A DNA stretch of 64,000 nt from an uncultured Planctomycetota bacterium (GTDB lineage Bacteria; Planctomycetota; Planctomycetia; Pirellulales; Thermoguttaceae). Both the position numbers and the translations under genes were made by a program. Within the stretch, counting starts at the first letter, position 1. The number at the start of each line of letters is the position of its first letter. Location of the stretch: NCBI GenBank assembly GCA_963733145.1, contig CAVTCJ010000003.1, forward strand, positions 222,896 through 286,895, given 5' to 3'. This document shows positions 49,817 to 60,370 of this stretch, in pieces. Below the pieces are notes generated by a model. That model was not told where the DNA came from. It saw only the letters and a program-made list of their open reading frames with translations, and made no database searches.

Positions 49817-50811
49817 TGATGAGGAGGACATCTATAGGTTCGCTTTGGCTGCTCGCCTCTTTTCTCGGCACAAGATGCTCGTCGCCGGCCGATACCCCGT
49901 CGGAGCAGGACAATGCCATCGTCGCCCTGGTCGGCGGCGACCCGGTTCGGGCGGCCGAAGTGGACCGCCTGTTGGCCAAGTCGGCCGGCTTTAGGCCGCT
50001 CAACGCCGAGGCGCAAACGATCCTCCGGGCACAGGCGCTCGAGGAGTTGATCGACCGCCGGTTGGTGCTGGCCTACGCGCGGCGGACCGGCTTGGCCCCT
50101 ACGGCGGCGGAAATCGACTCCCAGTTGGCCGGATTGAAGGCGAAGCTCAAACAGCAGAACCGTTCGCTCGAAGATTTTCTCAAGGCCCGGTCGGTCAGCG
50201 AAGCCGATCTGCGGCGACAGCTTGCCTGGAACGTGGACTGGGAGAAATGCCTGACCCGCTACGACACGCCGGCGCGACGGGAGGCGTACTTTCAGGCCCA
50301 TTGCCGGGAGTTGGACGGCAGCCGGGTTTCCGTGAGCCAGATCTTGCTCCGGCCGTCGGCCGGCGGCGGGGTTCAGTCGTCCGAAGCGCTGATCGAGCAG
50401 GCCGAAGGCATCCGCGGCCGGATTCTCTCCGGCGAAATCTCCTTTGCCGAAGCCGCCAAGAAATACTCGGCCGCGCCAAGCCGCAAGCAGGGTGGCCGTC
50501 TGGGCGAGATCGCTCGCCACGGCGCCATGAGCGAGTCCTTTTCGCGGGCGGCCTTCGCCCTGGAGTTGGGCGAGGTGAGCCGGCCCGTGCTCTCTCCCTT
50601 CGGCGTTCACCTCATCCGCTGCGACGCGGTCCTGTCCGGTGGCAAACGGCTCTCCGACGTCCAAGAGGAGGTGGCGGAGGGCTTGGCCCGTGAGCTATTG
50701 GAAAAGTTAGCCGGGTTGGAACGGCGCGATACCCAGGTCGAGTACCGCGGCCCGGCCCCGCATTTCCAGCCGGGGACGCGCAAGCTGATTTGGCCGCACA
50801 GCGGCGAATAG
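49804..50811 (+). CDS. SurA-like periplasmic chaperone / parvulin-type peptidyl-prolyl isomerase
   Basis: N-terminal SurA-like helical domain; parvulin domain (ISFAEAAKKYSAAPSRKQGGRLGEIARHGAMSESFSRAAFALELGEVSRPVLSPFGVHLI). Confidence 0.8.
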   Translation: MVGLMMRRTSIGSLWLLASFLGTRCSSPADTPSEQDNAIVALVGGDPVRAAEVDRLLAKSAGFRPLNAEAQTILRAQALEELIDRRLVLAYARRTGLAPTAAEIDSQLAGLKAKLKQQNRSLEDFLKARSVSEADLRRQLAWNVDWEKCLTRYDTPARREAYFQAHCRELDGSRVSVSQILLRPSAGGGVQSSEALIEQAEGIRGRILSGEISFAEAAKKYSAAPSRKQGGRLGEIARHGAMSESFSRAAFALELGEVSRPVLSPFGVHLIRCDAVLSGGKRLSDVQEEVAEGLARELLEKLAGLERRDTQVEYRGPAPHFQPGTRKLIWPHSGE

Positions 50812-51239
50812 GCGGAGTCAAGTAGTCGAGTGGGGCGCGTCCGCGACGCACAACCGCTAAGAAAAACGACTGCTCCTTCCCTCGTGCGCAAAACACCCGC
50901 GTGCTTTGTCCGGTCCAGGCACGGCCAGTCCGTTCTGAAGATTGCCGCGGTGCGGGAAGAGATCGCCCGCGTAATGCCGCCGCGAACGAGAAAGCCTGCC
51001 AGGCTGGGATTTACTGCCGTGCGGCCGTTTTTATCAGCCGTTTCCGCTCCTTCCCAGCAAAAAATCATAGGGATTGCCCTCCTCGTGGCGGAAGGCGGCC
51101 AGCAAGGCCCACGTTTGCGCCCTGTTTGGCGGGGGGCAAGGGGCTGGCGTTCTTCTCCCCAGCCCCGGCCACAACGCGACGTTGGGCCAACAGTGGGGCC
51201 GTGTCGGGTTTTGTGGGGAGGAGGGTTGGCGGACGAAAA

Positions 51240-51455
51240 CCAACCAAAGTCCCGTGGGAGGGTTACCTGACCGACGTGCTGCGACGCCTTCCGGCCATTG
51301 CGCCCAATGATACTGCCGCCCTGGAAGCTCTGCTGCCAGACCGTTGGGTTGCCGCTCATCCCGAGCACCGGCTGGAGCAGCGGGAAGAAGAATCCCGTGA
51401 AGCCCAGGCCCGTCGTCGTAAGCGGGCTTCGCGCCGGATCGTCGTTGCCCAGTAG
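51240..51455 (+). pseudogene. IS66-family transposase C-terminal tail remnant
   Basis: PWEGYLTDVLRRLPAIAPNDTAALEALLPDRWVAAHPEH resembles the conserved IS66 TnpC C-terminus; nothing upstream of it is transposase-like. Confidence 0.4.
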
Positions 51456-51552
51456 GCTTGTTTCCCACATGTTGCCTCAATGATACAATTGAGGGAGCAT
51501 ACTATTGGGGATTAACGCTAGGTCAAATGGCACAATGTCGTGCAAAGTCGAC

Positions 51553-52508
51553 ATGGCAGACAGCACCGAAATCACGGGCCGAATCGTGATCGCTGGCGGT
51601 ACGGGGTTTCTCGGTTTGAATCTCGCCCGCTATCTCACTAGGTCTAAAGTGTGAAGTAACCCTGCTTTCACGACATCCGCCCTTAGAAGGACAGCCATTG
51701 GCGACACGTTGTCTGGAATGCGCGCAATCTGGGGGAGTGGGTGGGTTTTCTTGACGGTGCGGCGGCATTAGTGAACTTGGCTGGCCGGACCGTGGATTGC
51801 GTAAAGACCCCCGCTCATTGCGACGAAATACTGGCTCGCGTGTCGAGGCAACCGACGTGCTTGGTCAGGCCGTGCGGAAGAGTTCAATCGCCGCCGCCAG
51901 TCTGGGTGCAGATGGCGACCGCCCACCGCTATGGAGACCCGCCGGATAGGGTTTGCGACGAGGATGCTGCCTTCGGCTATGGCTTGGCACCGTTTGTGGG
52001 CCAAGCCTGGGAAGAGGCGTATGCTCGGGCAGTGCTCACTGAAATGCGGCAAGTAATCTTGCGGACCAGTTTCGTGCTCGGACGTGGTGGTGGCGCATTG
52101 CCGCGACTTGCCAAGCTGGTTCGTTGGGGCCTGGGCGGGAAAGTGGGCCAGGGGCGACAGGGAATCAGTTGGATACACGAGGAGGACATGAACCGCCTCA
52201 TGGGCAGGGCAATATCGGATGTCCGCATGAAGGGAGCGTACTTGGCCACCGCGCCCAACCCAGTTTCCAACACTGATTTCATGCGCGAGCTGCGGCGAGC
52301 TCTCCGGGTGCCCTTGGGATTGCCCGCCGCGAGTTGGATGGTGCGGATTGGCGCGTCATTGCTCATGCGGACGGACCCGGAACTCGCGATTTACGGGCGT
52401 TACTGTGTCTCGCGACGTTTGCGGGAAGAAGGATTTGATTTCCTCTTCCCGGATTTGACTTCAGCACTGCATAACCTTTTCAGTTCGGAAGATACTGCTA
52501 GGCGATGA
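51553..52508 (+). CDS. YfcH/TIGR01777-family epimerase (SDR39U1, DUF1731 C-terminus), at least 2 apparent frameshifts in the N-terminal third
   Basis: [22 protein letters not shown] Rossmann motif then TGA; continuation [13 protein letters not shown] and ..[11 protein letters not shown] in other frames; intact C-terminus [22 protein letters not shown]...GFDFLFPDL. Confidence 0.7.
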
Positions 52509-52582
52509 AGGAGGGCAGGTATGGTGTTGAACTGTGAGCGGCTACAACGCCGATCGCAACACGTTACGAGAGAAAGATTGTA

Positions 52583-53078
52583 ATGCTTATCAGAACTACC
52601 TGGCACTTTCGCCAGCCGCCGGAGGTGGTTCTGGCCACTGTTGTGCAACTCGCGCATGGAAGCCAACTCCTCCTGTTTGTTCAGGCTGGGGTTGCCGCAA
52701 CCGCAGCAGTGTCGGCTCGTCAGCGATCAGGGCGGCGTTGGAAGCCGCCGACAATGTGTTTCGGATCGTGGCGTAGTTGAGCAGACTATCCTGATCTGGG
52801 AAGAGCCACACCACTTGGCGTTCAGCATGGATCGGTCCGACATGTGGTTTCGAGCATGGGTCCGCAGTATCGTCGATGACTTCGGACTGGCTTTAACACC
52901 TGAAGGCGGCACACGGGTTACCAGGACGACGAGTATCCAAGCGATCGGCGGGTTTCGGTGGCTAAAAAGGATAGCCCTGTGGGCGGGTTTGAAGAAGGTT
53001 CATCGGTTTGTATTTCGCAACTGGGAGCGCCTAGCAGCCGAAATCAGTGTGCCCTGTGGCAACATCGGGCAAATCGCG
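52583..53078 (+). CDS. SRPBCC-superfamily (polyketide cyclase/START-like) protein, apparent frameshift(s)
   Basis: MLIRTTWHFRQPPEVVLATVV N-terminus in ORF 52583-52780; continuation ...ILIWEEPHHLAFSMDRSDMWFRAWVRSIVDDFGLALTPEGGTRVTRTT in ORF 52641-53522. Confidence 0.45.
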
Positions 53079-53522
53079 ATGGACGCCAGACTTATCGTCA
53101 TGTTTGATGGAGCGTGCAATCTGTGCGCTCGCGGAGTTCGGTTCATCCTTCTCCATGAGCGTGACCACTTGATTCGGTTCGCCGCCCTGCAATCGTCTGC
53201 CGGGCAGGGGTTGCTCCGCGAGTTCGGAATTGACCCGCAGCATGTCGCAACTTTTGTCTTCATAAAGGGTGGCGCAGCTTTTGTTGGTTCCGACGCCGCC
53301 ATCGAAGCGGCAAAACATCTCCGTCTACCTTGGAGAATGTTCCGCGTCCTTCGCGTTGTTCCCCGGCAGGTTCGTGGGTCGATTTATAATCTTGTGGTGC
53401 GGAATCGGTATCGCTGGTTCGGCAAGCGGGAAACTTGCGTTGTGCCAACGCCGGAACTGCGGTCTCGGTTCATCGCAGCTGGTGAAATGCAACGGAATGA
53501 GTCTGATCCGAGGCCGATATGA
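53079..53522 (+). CDS. DCC-family thiol-disulfide oxidoreductase (DUF393)
   Basis: MDARLIVMFDGACNLCARGVRFILLHERD carries the CxxC of the DCC family; ~147 aa. May be translationally fused to the preceding SRPBCC frame. Confidence 0.65.
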   Translation: MDARLIVMFDGACNLCARGVRFILLHERDHLIRFAALQSSAGQGLLREFGIDPQHVATFVFIKGGAAFVGSDAAIEAAKHLRLPWRMFRVLRVVPRQVRGSIYNLVVRNRYRWFGKRETCVVPTPELRSRFIAAGEMQRNESDPRPI

Positions 53523-55267
53523 ATATCCTAGGATTCTCCGGCATCGCCAATGGGCAATACTATCGAGAGAAGTTCGGGCTCCGCTTCGTCGGGCACGATA
53601 GCTCCATTGCCTTGGTGGTGGATGGGAAGGCCATCTTCGCGGGCGAGGAGGAGCGGCTATCACGCGAGAAGCACACGTCCCGATTTCCTGTTCAGACGCT
53701 TCGAGCGGCGCTTCAGTTTGCGGGACTCGAATTGAACGACATTGACCGCATAGCCTATACCTGGTGTGCCTCACCTGGCCGAGTCGCACACATGTTCACC
53801 CATCACGGCTTGCGCGTGCCGCTACCGTATTGGCCGGAATTGGCCTTGGCGGGGACGCGGGTAATCTGTGATGTGATGTGGCCGCAACGAATTGCCCGCC
53901 AGTTCGGGAAAACATTCGGTCACCAACTTCCGCCGTGCGAAGGCGTTTCTCACCACATGGGGCACTCGGCCTGTGCCTATTTCACGTCTCCCTTCGATCA
54001 TGCGGCAGTGCTAACGGTTGACGGGCAAGGCGAGGATGAAAGCGGCTCGCTTGGGGAGTGGCAGGGGGCCGAGTATCGCCCCTTCGGGTCAATCTACTCA
54101 CCGGATTCGATTGGCATTCTCTACGGGGTGGTGACGGACTTTCTCGGGATGCGGGCGGCCTGGGACGAATACAAGGTTATGGGGATGGCCGCCTACGGCG
54201 ACCCGGAGCGATTCGCCCCACAGTTTCGGAAGTTGGTCACGTTACGACCGGATGGCCGATACCGCACGCATCGAACCGCGATGGTCTTCAAGCCCGGTTA
54301 CTGCGACCGGATGCTCTCCAGGATTTTGGATATCCCGAAGCGTGATTCTCGTGAGCCGTTGGATCAGGTTCACTTCGATATTGCGGCCTCTCTCCAGCAG
54401 ACGACCGAGAATGTCTTGTTTCATCTCCTTCGCTATCTGAGGCAACGGTCTAGTGCTCGACACCTTTGCTTGGCTGGCGGCGTTTTCCTGAACAGTGTTG
54501 CCAATGGCAAGATCCGACAGAGCGGTCTTTTCGAGGACGTGCATATCCCTCCTGTACCAGGAGATCATGGTGGAACCTTAGGAGCGGCGCTATTGGTCTA
54601 CCATCGGCGTTCCGGTGCCCCACGTGAGGACATTGGCTTCACCACATTCAGTGGGCCAGGTTACAGCGAGGCGGGTATGGAGCGGACTCTTGGAACGGCA
54701 AGTGACTCAATCTGTTACAGGAGATGCGAGCACCTTGCGGAGGAGACGGCGGATCTTCTGGCGAGAGACAAAGTTGTCGGTTGGTTTCAAGGGCGGATGG
54801 AGTATGGCCCCCGCGCGCTTGGCCACCGCAGCATCCTTGCCAACCCCTCGAAGGCCGAGATGAAAAACACGGTAAACGCAAGTATCAAACATCGTGAACC
54901 GTTCCGTCCATTCGCCGGTGCAGTGCCGCTGGAATCCGCGAACAAGTATTTTAGGATCGCCGGGGCTTCACCGTACATGCAATTCGTGCTCCCGGTAATT
55001 GAGAGCTTCCAATCCCGCATTCCTGCTATTGTTCACCACGGTACATGCCGGGTCCAAACGGTGGCCCAAGAAGACGATCCGCTATTCCACGGTTTGCTCC
55101 ACGCCTTTGGTCGTCGAGTCGGTTTTCCCATCCTGCTGAACACGTCTTTCAACGACGCCGACGAACCTATCGTGTGCTCTCCCGAGCATGCACTTGCCAC
55201 ATTTCTCAGGACGGACCTCGATGCTCTGGTGCTCGGGCCATTCCTGACGACGAAACGAAAAGAGTGA
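53519..55267 (+). CDS. NodU/CmcH-family carbamoyltransferase
   Basis: MNILGFSGIANGQYYREKFGLRFVGHDSSIALVVDGKAIFAGEEERLSREKH is the Kae1/YgjD-like N-terminal domain of carbamoyltransferases; 582 aa full length. Confidence 0.9.
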   Translation: MNILGFSGIANGQYYREKFGLRFVGHDSSIALVVDGKAIFAGEEERLSREKHTSRFPVQTLRAALQFAGLELNDIDRIAYTWCASPGRVAHMFTHHGLRVPLPYWPELALAGTRVICDVMWPQRIARQFGKTFGHQLPPCEGVSHHMGHSACAYFTSPFDHAAVLTVDGQGEDESGSLGEWQGAEYRPFGSIYSPDSIGILYGVVTDFLGMRAAWDEYKVMGMAAYGDPERFAPQFRKLVTLRPDGRYRTHRTAMVFKPGYCDRMLSRILDIPKRDSREPLDQVHFDIAASLQQTTENVLFHLLRYLRQRSSARHLCLAGGVFLNSVANGKIRQSGLFEDVHIPPVPGDHGGTLGAALLVYHRRSGAPREDIGFTTFSGPGYSEAGMERTLGTASDSICYRRCEHLAEETADLLARDKVVGWFQGRMEYGPRALGHRSILANPSKAEMKNTVNASIKHREPFRPFAGAVPLESANKYFRIAGASPYMQFVLPVIESFQSRIPAIVHHGTCRVQTVAQEDDPLFHGLLHAFGRRVGFPILLNTSFNDADEPIVCSPEHALATFLRTDLDALVLGPFLTTKRKE

Positions 55268-55545
55268 ATGGTTGCCGGTCAACTATGCGGGCATTCGCAG
55301 GCTCGCGACACCGAGGGCTGTTGATTTGTTGACGGTTACCTCACCATCGCCTGGTCCTCCGAATGGCCTTGGGTGAATTTTGCCCAGGTATCCAGCTTAC
55401 CACGGTCCGCAAGGCTGGCGATTTATTGACGGCAACCTTAGTCCAGCGTCCGCCATTGGGTCAGCGTTCTGATAATGCTGCAATTTGGTTTTGCTTATCT
55501 CTCCCTCAACTTGCCGAACTGTTCACCAGTCTCTATTATCCAGGA

Positions 55546-57444
55546 ATGCCACGAATCGCTTTGTCCGACGTCAACCTGAGCTTCCGCGGCCCTCCAGTCT
55601 TGGAACAAGCCAATCTGACGATTGAGCCGGGAGAGCGAGTGTGCCTCTTGGGCCGCAATGGAACGGGCAAGACGACTCTCCTCCGCCTCCTCCAGGGAGC
55701 CTTGGAGCCCGATCGAGGCGAGGTCATCCGACAACAGGGGCTGAGTACCGCGATGCTTCCCCAGCAAGTGCCGAGCGACCTACACGGCTCGGTCTTTGAT
55801 GAGGTCGCCCGGGGCTTCGGCCCCAAGATGGAATTGCTGGCCGAGTATCATCACCTGGCGAGCCGCCTTGCCAGCGAGGGAAACGACGACCTTCAGGCGG
55901 AGTTGGGGCGTATCCAACACGCACTCGAAGCCGATGGCGGCTGGCTCATGCACCAGCAGGTAGAAGCCGTCGTATCGCGTATGAACCTCCAGCCGGAGGC
56001 GGACGTGGCGACTCTTTCCGCCGGGATGAAACGCCGCGTGCTCCTGGCCAAGGCTGTAGTCAGCAGCCCGGACCTCCTGCTATTGGACGAGCCGACCAAT
56101 CACCTCGACATCGACTCCATTCGCTGGCTGGAGGATTTTCTGCTGCGCTATGGCGGTACGCTGTTGTTCGTTACTCACGATCGAGCCTTGCTGCGCAAAG
56201 TGGCCACCCGCATCCTGGAACTCGACCGCGGCCGGCTTACAAGCTGGTCGTGCGACTATGCGACCTTCCTGAATCGAAAAGAGGCGGCCTTGGAGGCCGA
56301 GACGCGACAGAACGTCGAGTTCGACAAGAAGCTGGCCCAAGAAGAGGTCTGGATCCGCACGGGAATCAAGGCCCGGCGCACTCGCAACGAAGGCCGAGTC
56401 CGCGCCCTGGAGGCCCTGCGTGAAGTCCGCCGCGATCGCCGCGAGCGGCCAGGTGACGTAAAAATGGAGATTCAGGAGGCAGAACGCTCCGGCCGCATGG
56501 CTATCAAGGCCGAGAAGCTCCATTTCCATTATGGCGACCGTGTCGTCGTCCGCGACTTCTCGACGATGATCATGCGGGGCGACCGGGTAGGGTTAATCGG
56601 CCCCAATGGATCGGGCAAGACAACACTCTTGCGCCTGCTGCTAGGTAATCTGCACCCTCAGAAGGGTATCGTTCGCCACGGAACAAATCTGGAAGTCGCT
56701 TATTTCGACCAACTCCATGCCCAATTGGACGAGACGAAATCGGTGCGCGAAAACATCCGCGACGGCTCGGACACGGTAACGATCAACGGCCGCACGCGCC
56801 ATATCATCGGCTACCTCGCAGGATTTTCTCTTCACTCCCGAGCAGGCAAGTGGTCCTGTCGCGCGGCTCTCGGGGGGCGAACGGAATCGATTGCTGCTGG
56901 CCCGGCTATTCACCAAACCGTCCAATGTGCTGGTCATGGACGAGCCCACCAATGACCTGGACCTTGAGACGCTCGAACTGCTGGAAGACCTCTTGAGCGA
57001 GTATGCCGGCACGCTGCTGTTGGTCAGTCACGACCGCGAATTTCTCAACAACGTGGTGACCAGTACGCTGGTATTGGAAGGCGAGGGCCGGGTCAAGGAA
57101 TATGCCGGCGGCTACGACGACTGGCTAAGGCAACGACCAGCAGAGCCGCTGTCAGCCACCAAACCTCCCCCCGCCGATCCGAGCCGAGAAAGTCGTCGCC
57201 ACAGCGTACCCGACGCTTGACGTACAAAGAGCAGCAGGAGTTGGATTCCTTGCCGAAACGAATCGAGGCATTAGAAGCTGCACTGGACGCACTCCATGAA
57301 CAGATGGCCGATCCGGCGTTCTATCGCAAGGCCCCGGCTGAGATCGTCGGCATCAAGGCCCGTCTTCAGTCCCTCCAGGTCGAGGTTGCCGAGGCGTATC
57401 GCCGGTGGGAAGAGTTGGAGAGCGCAGGCACACATGGCCTGTGA
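55546..57444 (+). CDS. ABC-F family ATPase (Uup-like; two ABC domains + C-terminal coiled coil), 2 apparent frameshifts
   Basis: Two Walker A boxes ([28 protein letters not shown]); second signature/Walker B continues in ORF 56891-57220 ([11 protein letters not shown]); Uup-type C-terminal helix in ORF 57217-57444. Confidence 0.85.
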
Positions 57445-57750
57445 TCGCAGGCGATGGATATCTCGATGCACTTGATGGCCTTGGGGGCGGTCGGCTTGCG
57501 GGCCTTCTTCGTGGTTGTTCTCTTGGTAGCCGTCTGTCGTTGCCGTTGTCACAGCGGACAAACATCTTGCACGGCTGAACGTAGCCGAAGACCTTTCCAT
57601 CGAATGGCTGGAAATTGAAAATCTCGTGGCCATACCCGTGTTCCTTGACAAATGCCCCACCTCCTGTGATCTGGTCAGTTGCGGTTCGGCCCTGATAACG
57701 GGTCAGCCACCCGATTCGGAGGAAAATCATCGGGACTGTCATTGGATCGC
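57353..57750 (-). CDS. hypothetical protein with GW...GGG...GYGHE motifs (possible HNH/EndoVII-like GH-E fold), apparent frameshift; Lys-rich tail in adjacent frame
   Basis: MMTSDPMTVPMIFLRIGWLTRYQGRTATDQITGGGAFVKEHGYGHEIFNFQPFDGKVFGYVQP; adjacent frame reads [36 protein letters not shown]. Confidence 0.3.
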
Positions 57751-57961
57751 TAGTCATCATCCCTCTCCCTGGAGCCGGCATTCTACGCCTCGCACAGCCA
57801 AGTCGCAAGTTGCTGAAGGGCAATGGTCTCGCCGATGACCAACCTCTTATGCACATCGGCTGCCAAGCTCGGTTTGATATACAAGGTTCTTTCCGTAAGC
57901 CAGCACACGAGCCACCTGTGTGGGATTCCAATCTTGATCCCGCCGCGTAGAGTGGCCCATC

Positions 57962-58420
57962 TTATTCAGCCAATCGGCTATCTGTCGAAGAGTTTCCCCC
58001 CCTGGCCCTCATCGTGCTGATTGTGGGCAGCAAATCAATATACGCCTCCCGGGCCGCTCGCTTGTTGGCCTCCGCTGCGGCCTTGGCGGCAAGCTTGGTT
58101 CCCATAAGCCTTCGGTCTTCTTGGCCATCCCAATGTCCCGGTCGCGCAGAACCCAATTTTACCCCACGGGCCTTGGCTGCAGCCAGCGCCGCCTTCGTGC
58201 GTTCTGAAATCGCCACGGCCTCGGCTTCAGCTACGGCGGCCAGAATGTGGATGGTCAGTCGGTTGGCGTGCGGGTTGCCGATGCCCCAGATCACCTTCAG
58301 GTCGTGGAAGCCTTGTTCGATGGCGGTCCGATCGGCGAAAGCTTCGAGAATTTTCACAACGCTCGTGTTCGGGTCGGTGCAAAAGAAGAGTTGTGGGCCG
58401 GCGGCTTCCTGAACGATCAC
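57962..58420 (-). pseudogene. gene debris: serine-recombinase (resolvase) fragment fused to an IS4/IS701-type transposase C-terminal fragment
   Basis: [39 protein letters not shown] (resolvase catalytic-domain end) preceded by [18 protein letters not shown]...[15 protein letters not shown] (transposase C-terminal W.IE..F..LK motif). Confidence 0.5.
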
Positions 58421-58731
58421 CACGCGAATCGTACCATAGGCCGGGCGGTAGGTGGCCAAAAAAGCTCTTGTATTGCTTGACCACGGGCTTGCCGTATTGG
58501 ACACAGGGGACGGTTTGCCAGCCGCGGCGGGCCGAAGATTCACGTAGGCCGGCGTCCGCGCGTGGTGCTGAAAGCCGCCCCCCTCGTGCGCCTCCTGGAG
58601 CAGACCCGCGCAGCGACTGAGATCGACCGAAAAGCCGATATCCAGCGCGTAGTACAAATGGCAGCAGCCACGGACAACAAGCCCGGCGGTTTCATTAGAC
58701 GTCATGGTCCGTTTTCACTCCACGTGTTCTC

Positions 58732-59473
58732 TCAATAACCGGCAAACTCCTCGATACGAATGTCGTCGTCATCGACTCCCGTATCTTTGAGCATCGCATG
58801 GATGGCTTGGACCATGGTCGGCGGTCCGGTGATGTAGTAGATGGGCGAAACGACTTCCTTCAGGTGCTTGGTCAGCATGGGGACGTCGATCACGCCCGTC
58901 TCACCGTGCCAGGCGGCGCTGCGAATGCTCCATCTCGTTCATGCAGGCAATCAATCGGTAATTGGGGTTCTGCTTCTCCAGGTCCTGAAGTTCGTCGAGA
59001 AACGCGGCATCTTCCGGCCGGCGGTTCCCGTAGAAGACGAATATGCGGATCGGCCGCTTCTCCTTCGCGGCAGCGAGAAGAATACTGCGAAACGGCGTGA
59101 TCCCGATCCCCCCGGTCAGGACCACGGCAGCCCGGGACTCGTCATGATGAAGTCTCAAGTCGCCAAACGGCCCCTCCACCCTTACGTCCGCGCCCAGGGG
59201 AAGATTGCTCAGCACCCGCTTGAAAGCCGTGTCCCGCAAGCGGGTAGCCACCATAAGGAAGTCTTCATAGGGTGCGCTGGCAATTGAGAAGGCGCGCGAA
59301 TTGCCTTCGGCGTCGCTCTCGGGTGGATTCAGCAAAGTCAGCTCGATGAACTGGCCGGGCGTAAATCGGAAGGTAGCCGGCTTTTCAAAGCAACAGGCCA
59401 GGGTTTGCTCGGCCACCTCTTGGCGACTTTTCAGTTTCACGAAGTATGTCGGGCTGGCATCGGCGATACTCAT
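58732..59473 (-). CDS. ferredoxin-NAD(P) reductase-like FAD/NAD-binding oxidoreductase, one apparent frameshift near 58920
   Basis: FAD-binding RAFSIASAP, NAD-binding VVLTGGIGITPFRS; C-terminus AWHGETGVIDVPMLTKHL...IRIEEFAGY in the adjacent frame. Confidence 0.75.
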
Positions 59474-59500
59474 TTTGGGTCCTGTGAGTGTTGGTCGTTG

Positions 59501-59866
59501 TCAAACGTCTTCACTTGTCCGAACCAGCACGTCGTCTCCCTCGACTTTCACCTCATGTACAGCGAGGTCTACAGACGCCGGCGGAGAGAGAACTTCGCCC
59601 GTACGAATGTCAAACCGTGCACCGTGCCGCGGGCAGACAATCGTGTAGCCATCCAATCGCCCGTCGACTAACTGCCCGCCGTCGTGCGTGCAGCGGTCAT
59701 CGGTTGCCCAAAACCGTCCGGACACCCGAAAGAGAGCCACCCTTCGATCGCCGGCCTGGACGACCATCGAGCCCGGATCGGGAAGATCGCTAAGTCTGCA
59801 CACGCAAACGAATCCGCCGGCCTCGCTTTCGGATTTCATTCCTTCCTCCTCGGCTTCGCCCTTCAA
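59501..59866 (-). CDS. Rieske [2Fe-2S] ferredoxin
   Basis: CTHDGGQL...CPRHGARF Rieske ligand boxes; ~110 aa. Confidence 0.85.
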   Translation of the reverse strand: MKGEAEEEGMKSESEAGGFVCVCRLSDLPDPGSMVVQAGDRRVALFRVSGRFWATDDRCTHDGGQLVDGRLDGYTIVCPRHGARFDIRTGEVLSPPASVDLAVHEVKVEGDDVLVRTSEDV

Positions 59867-60370
59867 CGCTGCAATCTAATTTGAGCCACATCCAATTGTA
59901 CGCTGCCGGGATAGTTCCCCGGGCAAGGAATACGGAAGAAGTTGTCGGGAACGTGCTTTCCCTTTTGCGGGGCATTTTTTTCCGACAACCTACGCCATCC
60001 CATTCCGTTTCGGTGCTCCCGCGAACTGACACAACGCAACGGATACTCGGCGGTGACAGTCAACGCGGAATACTCATGGACCACGTTTCACCAATCGTTG
60101 ACAATGTTTTACCAAAGTATTACTCGCCTGTTGGCGCTCGGGTGGAGGCCATTTTCCCGCGGAATCGGGCGATTCTGACTCTCCCGGGCCACCCCTTAAG
60201 GACCGATCGATACTCTTAGGTGGGCATCTATCACTCTATCGCGGCACGCCACCCCAACGTGGCACGATAAGAATTGATTGTAACCAATCGAGATTCCATT
60301 GGGGGTCGGCGGCGTGGCGGGCCATGGTGGCATCTTACGGGGCCAAGGCCCTCAGTTCACTTTTGAAAGC

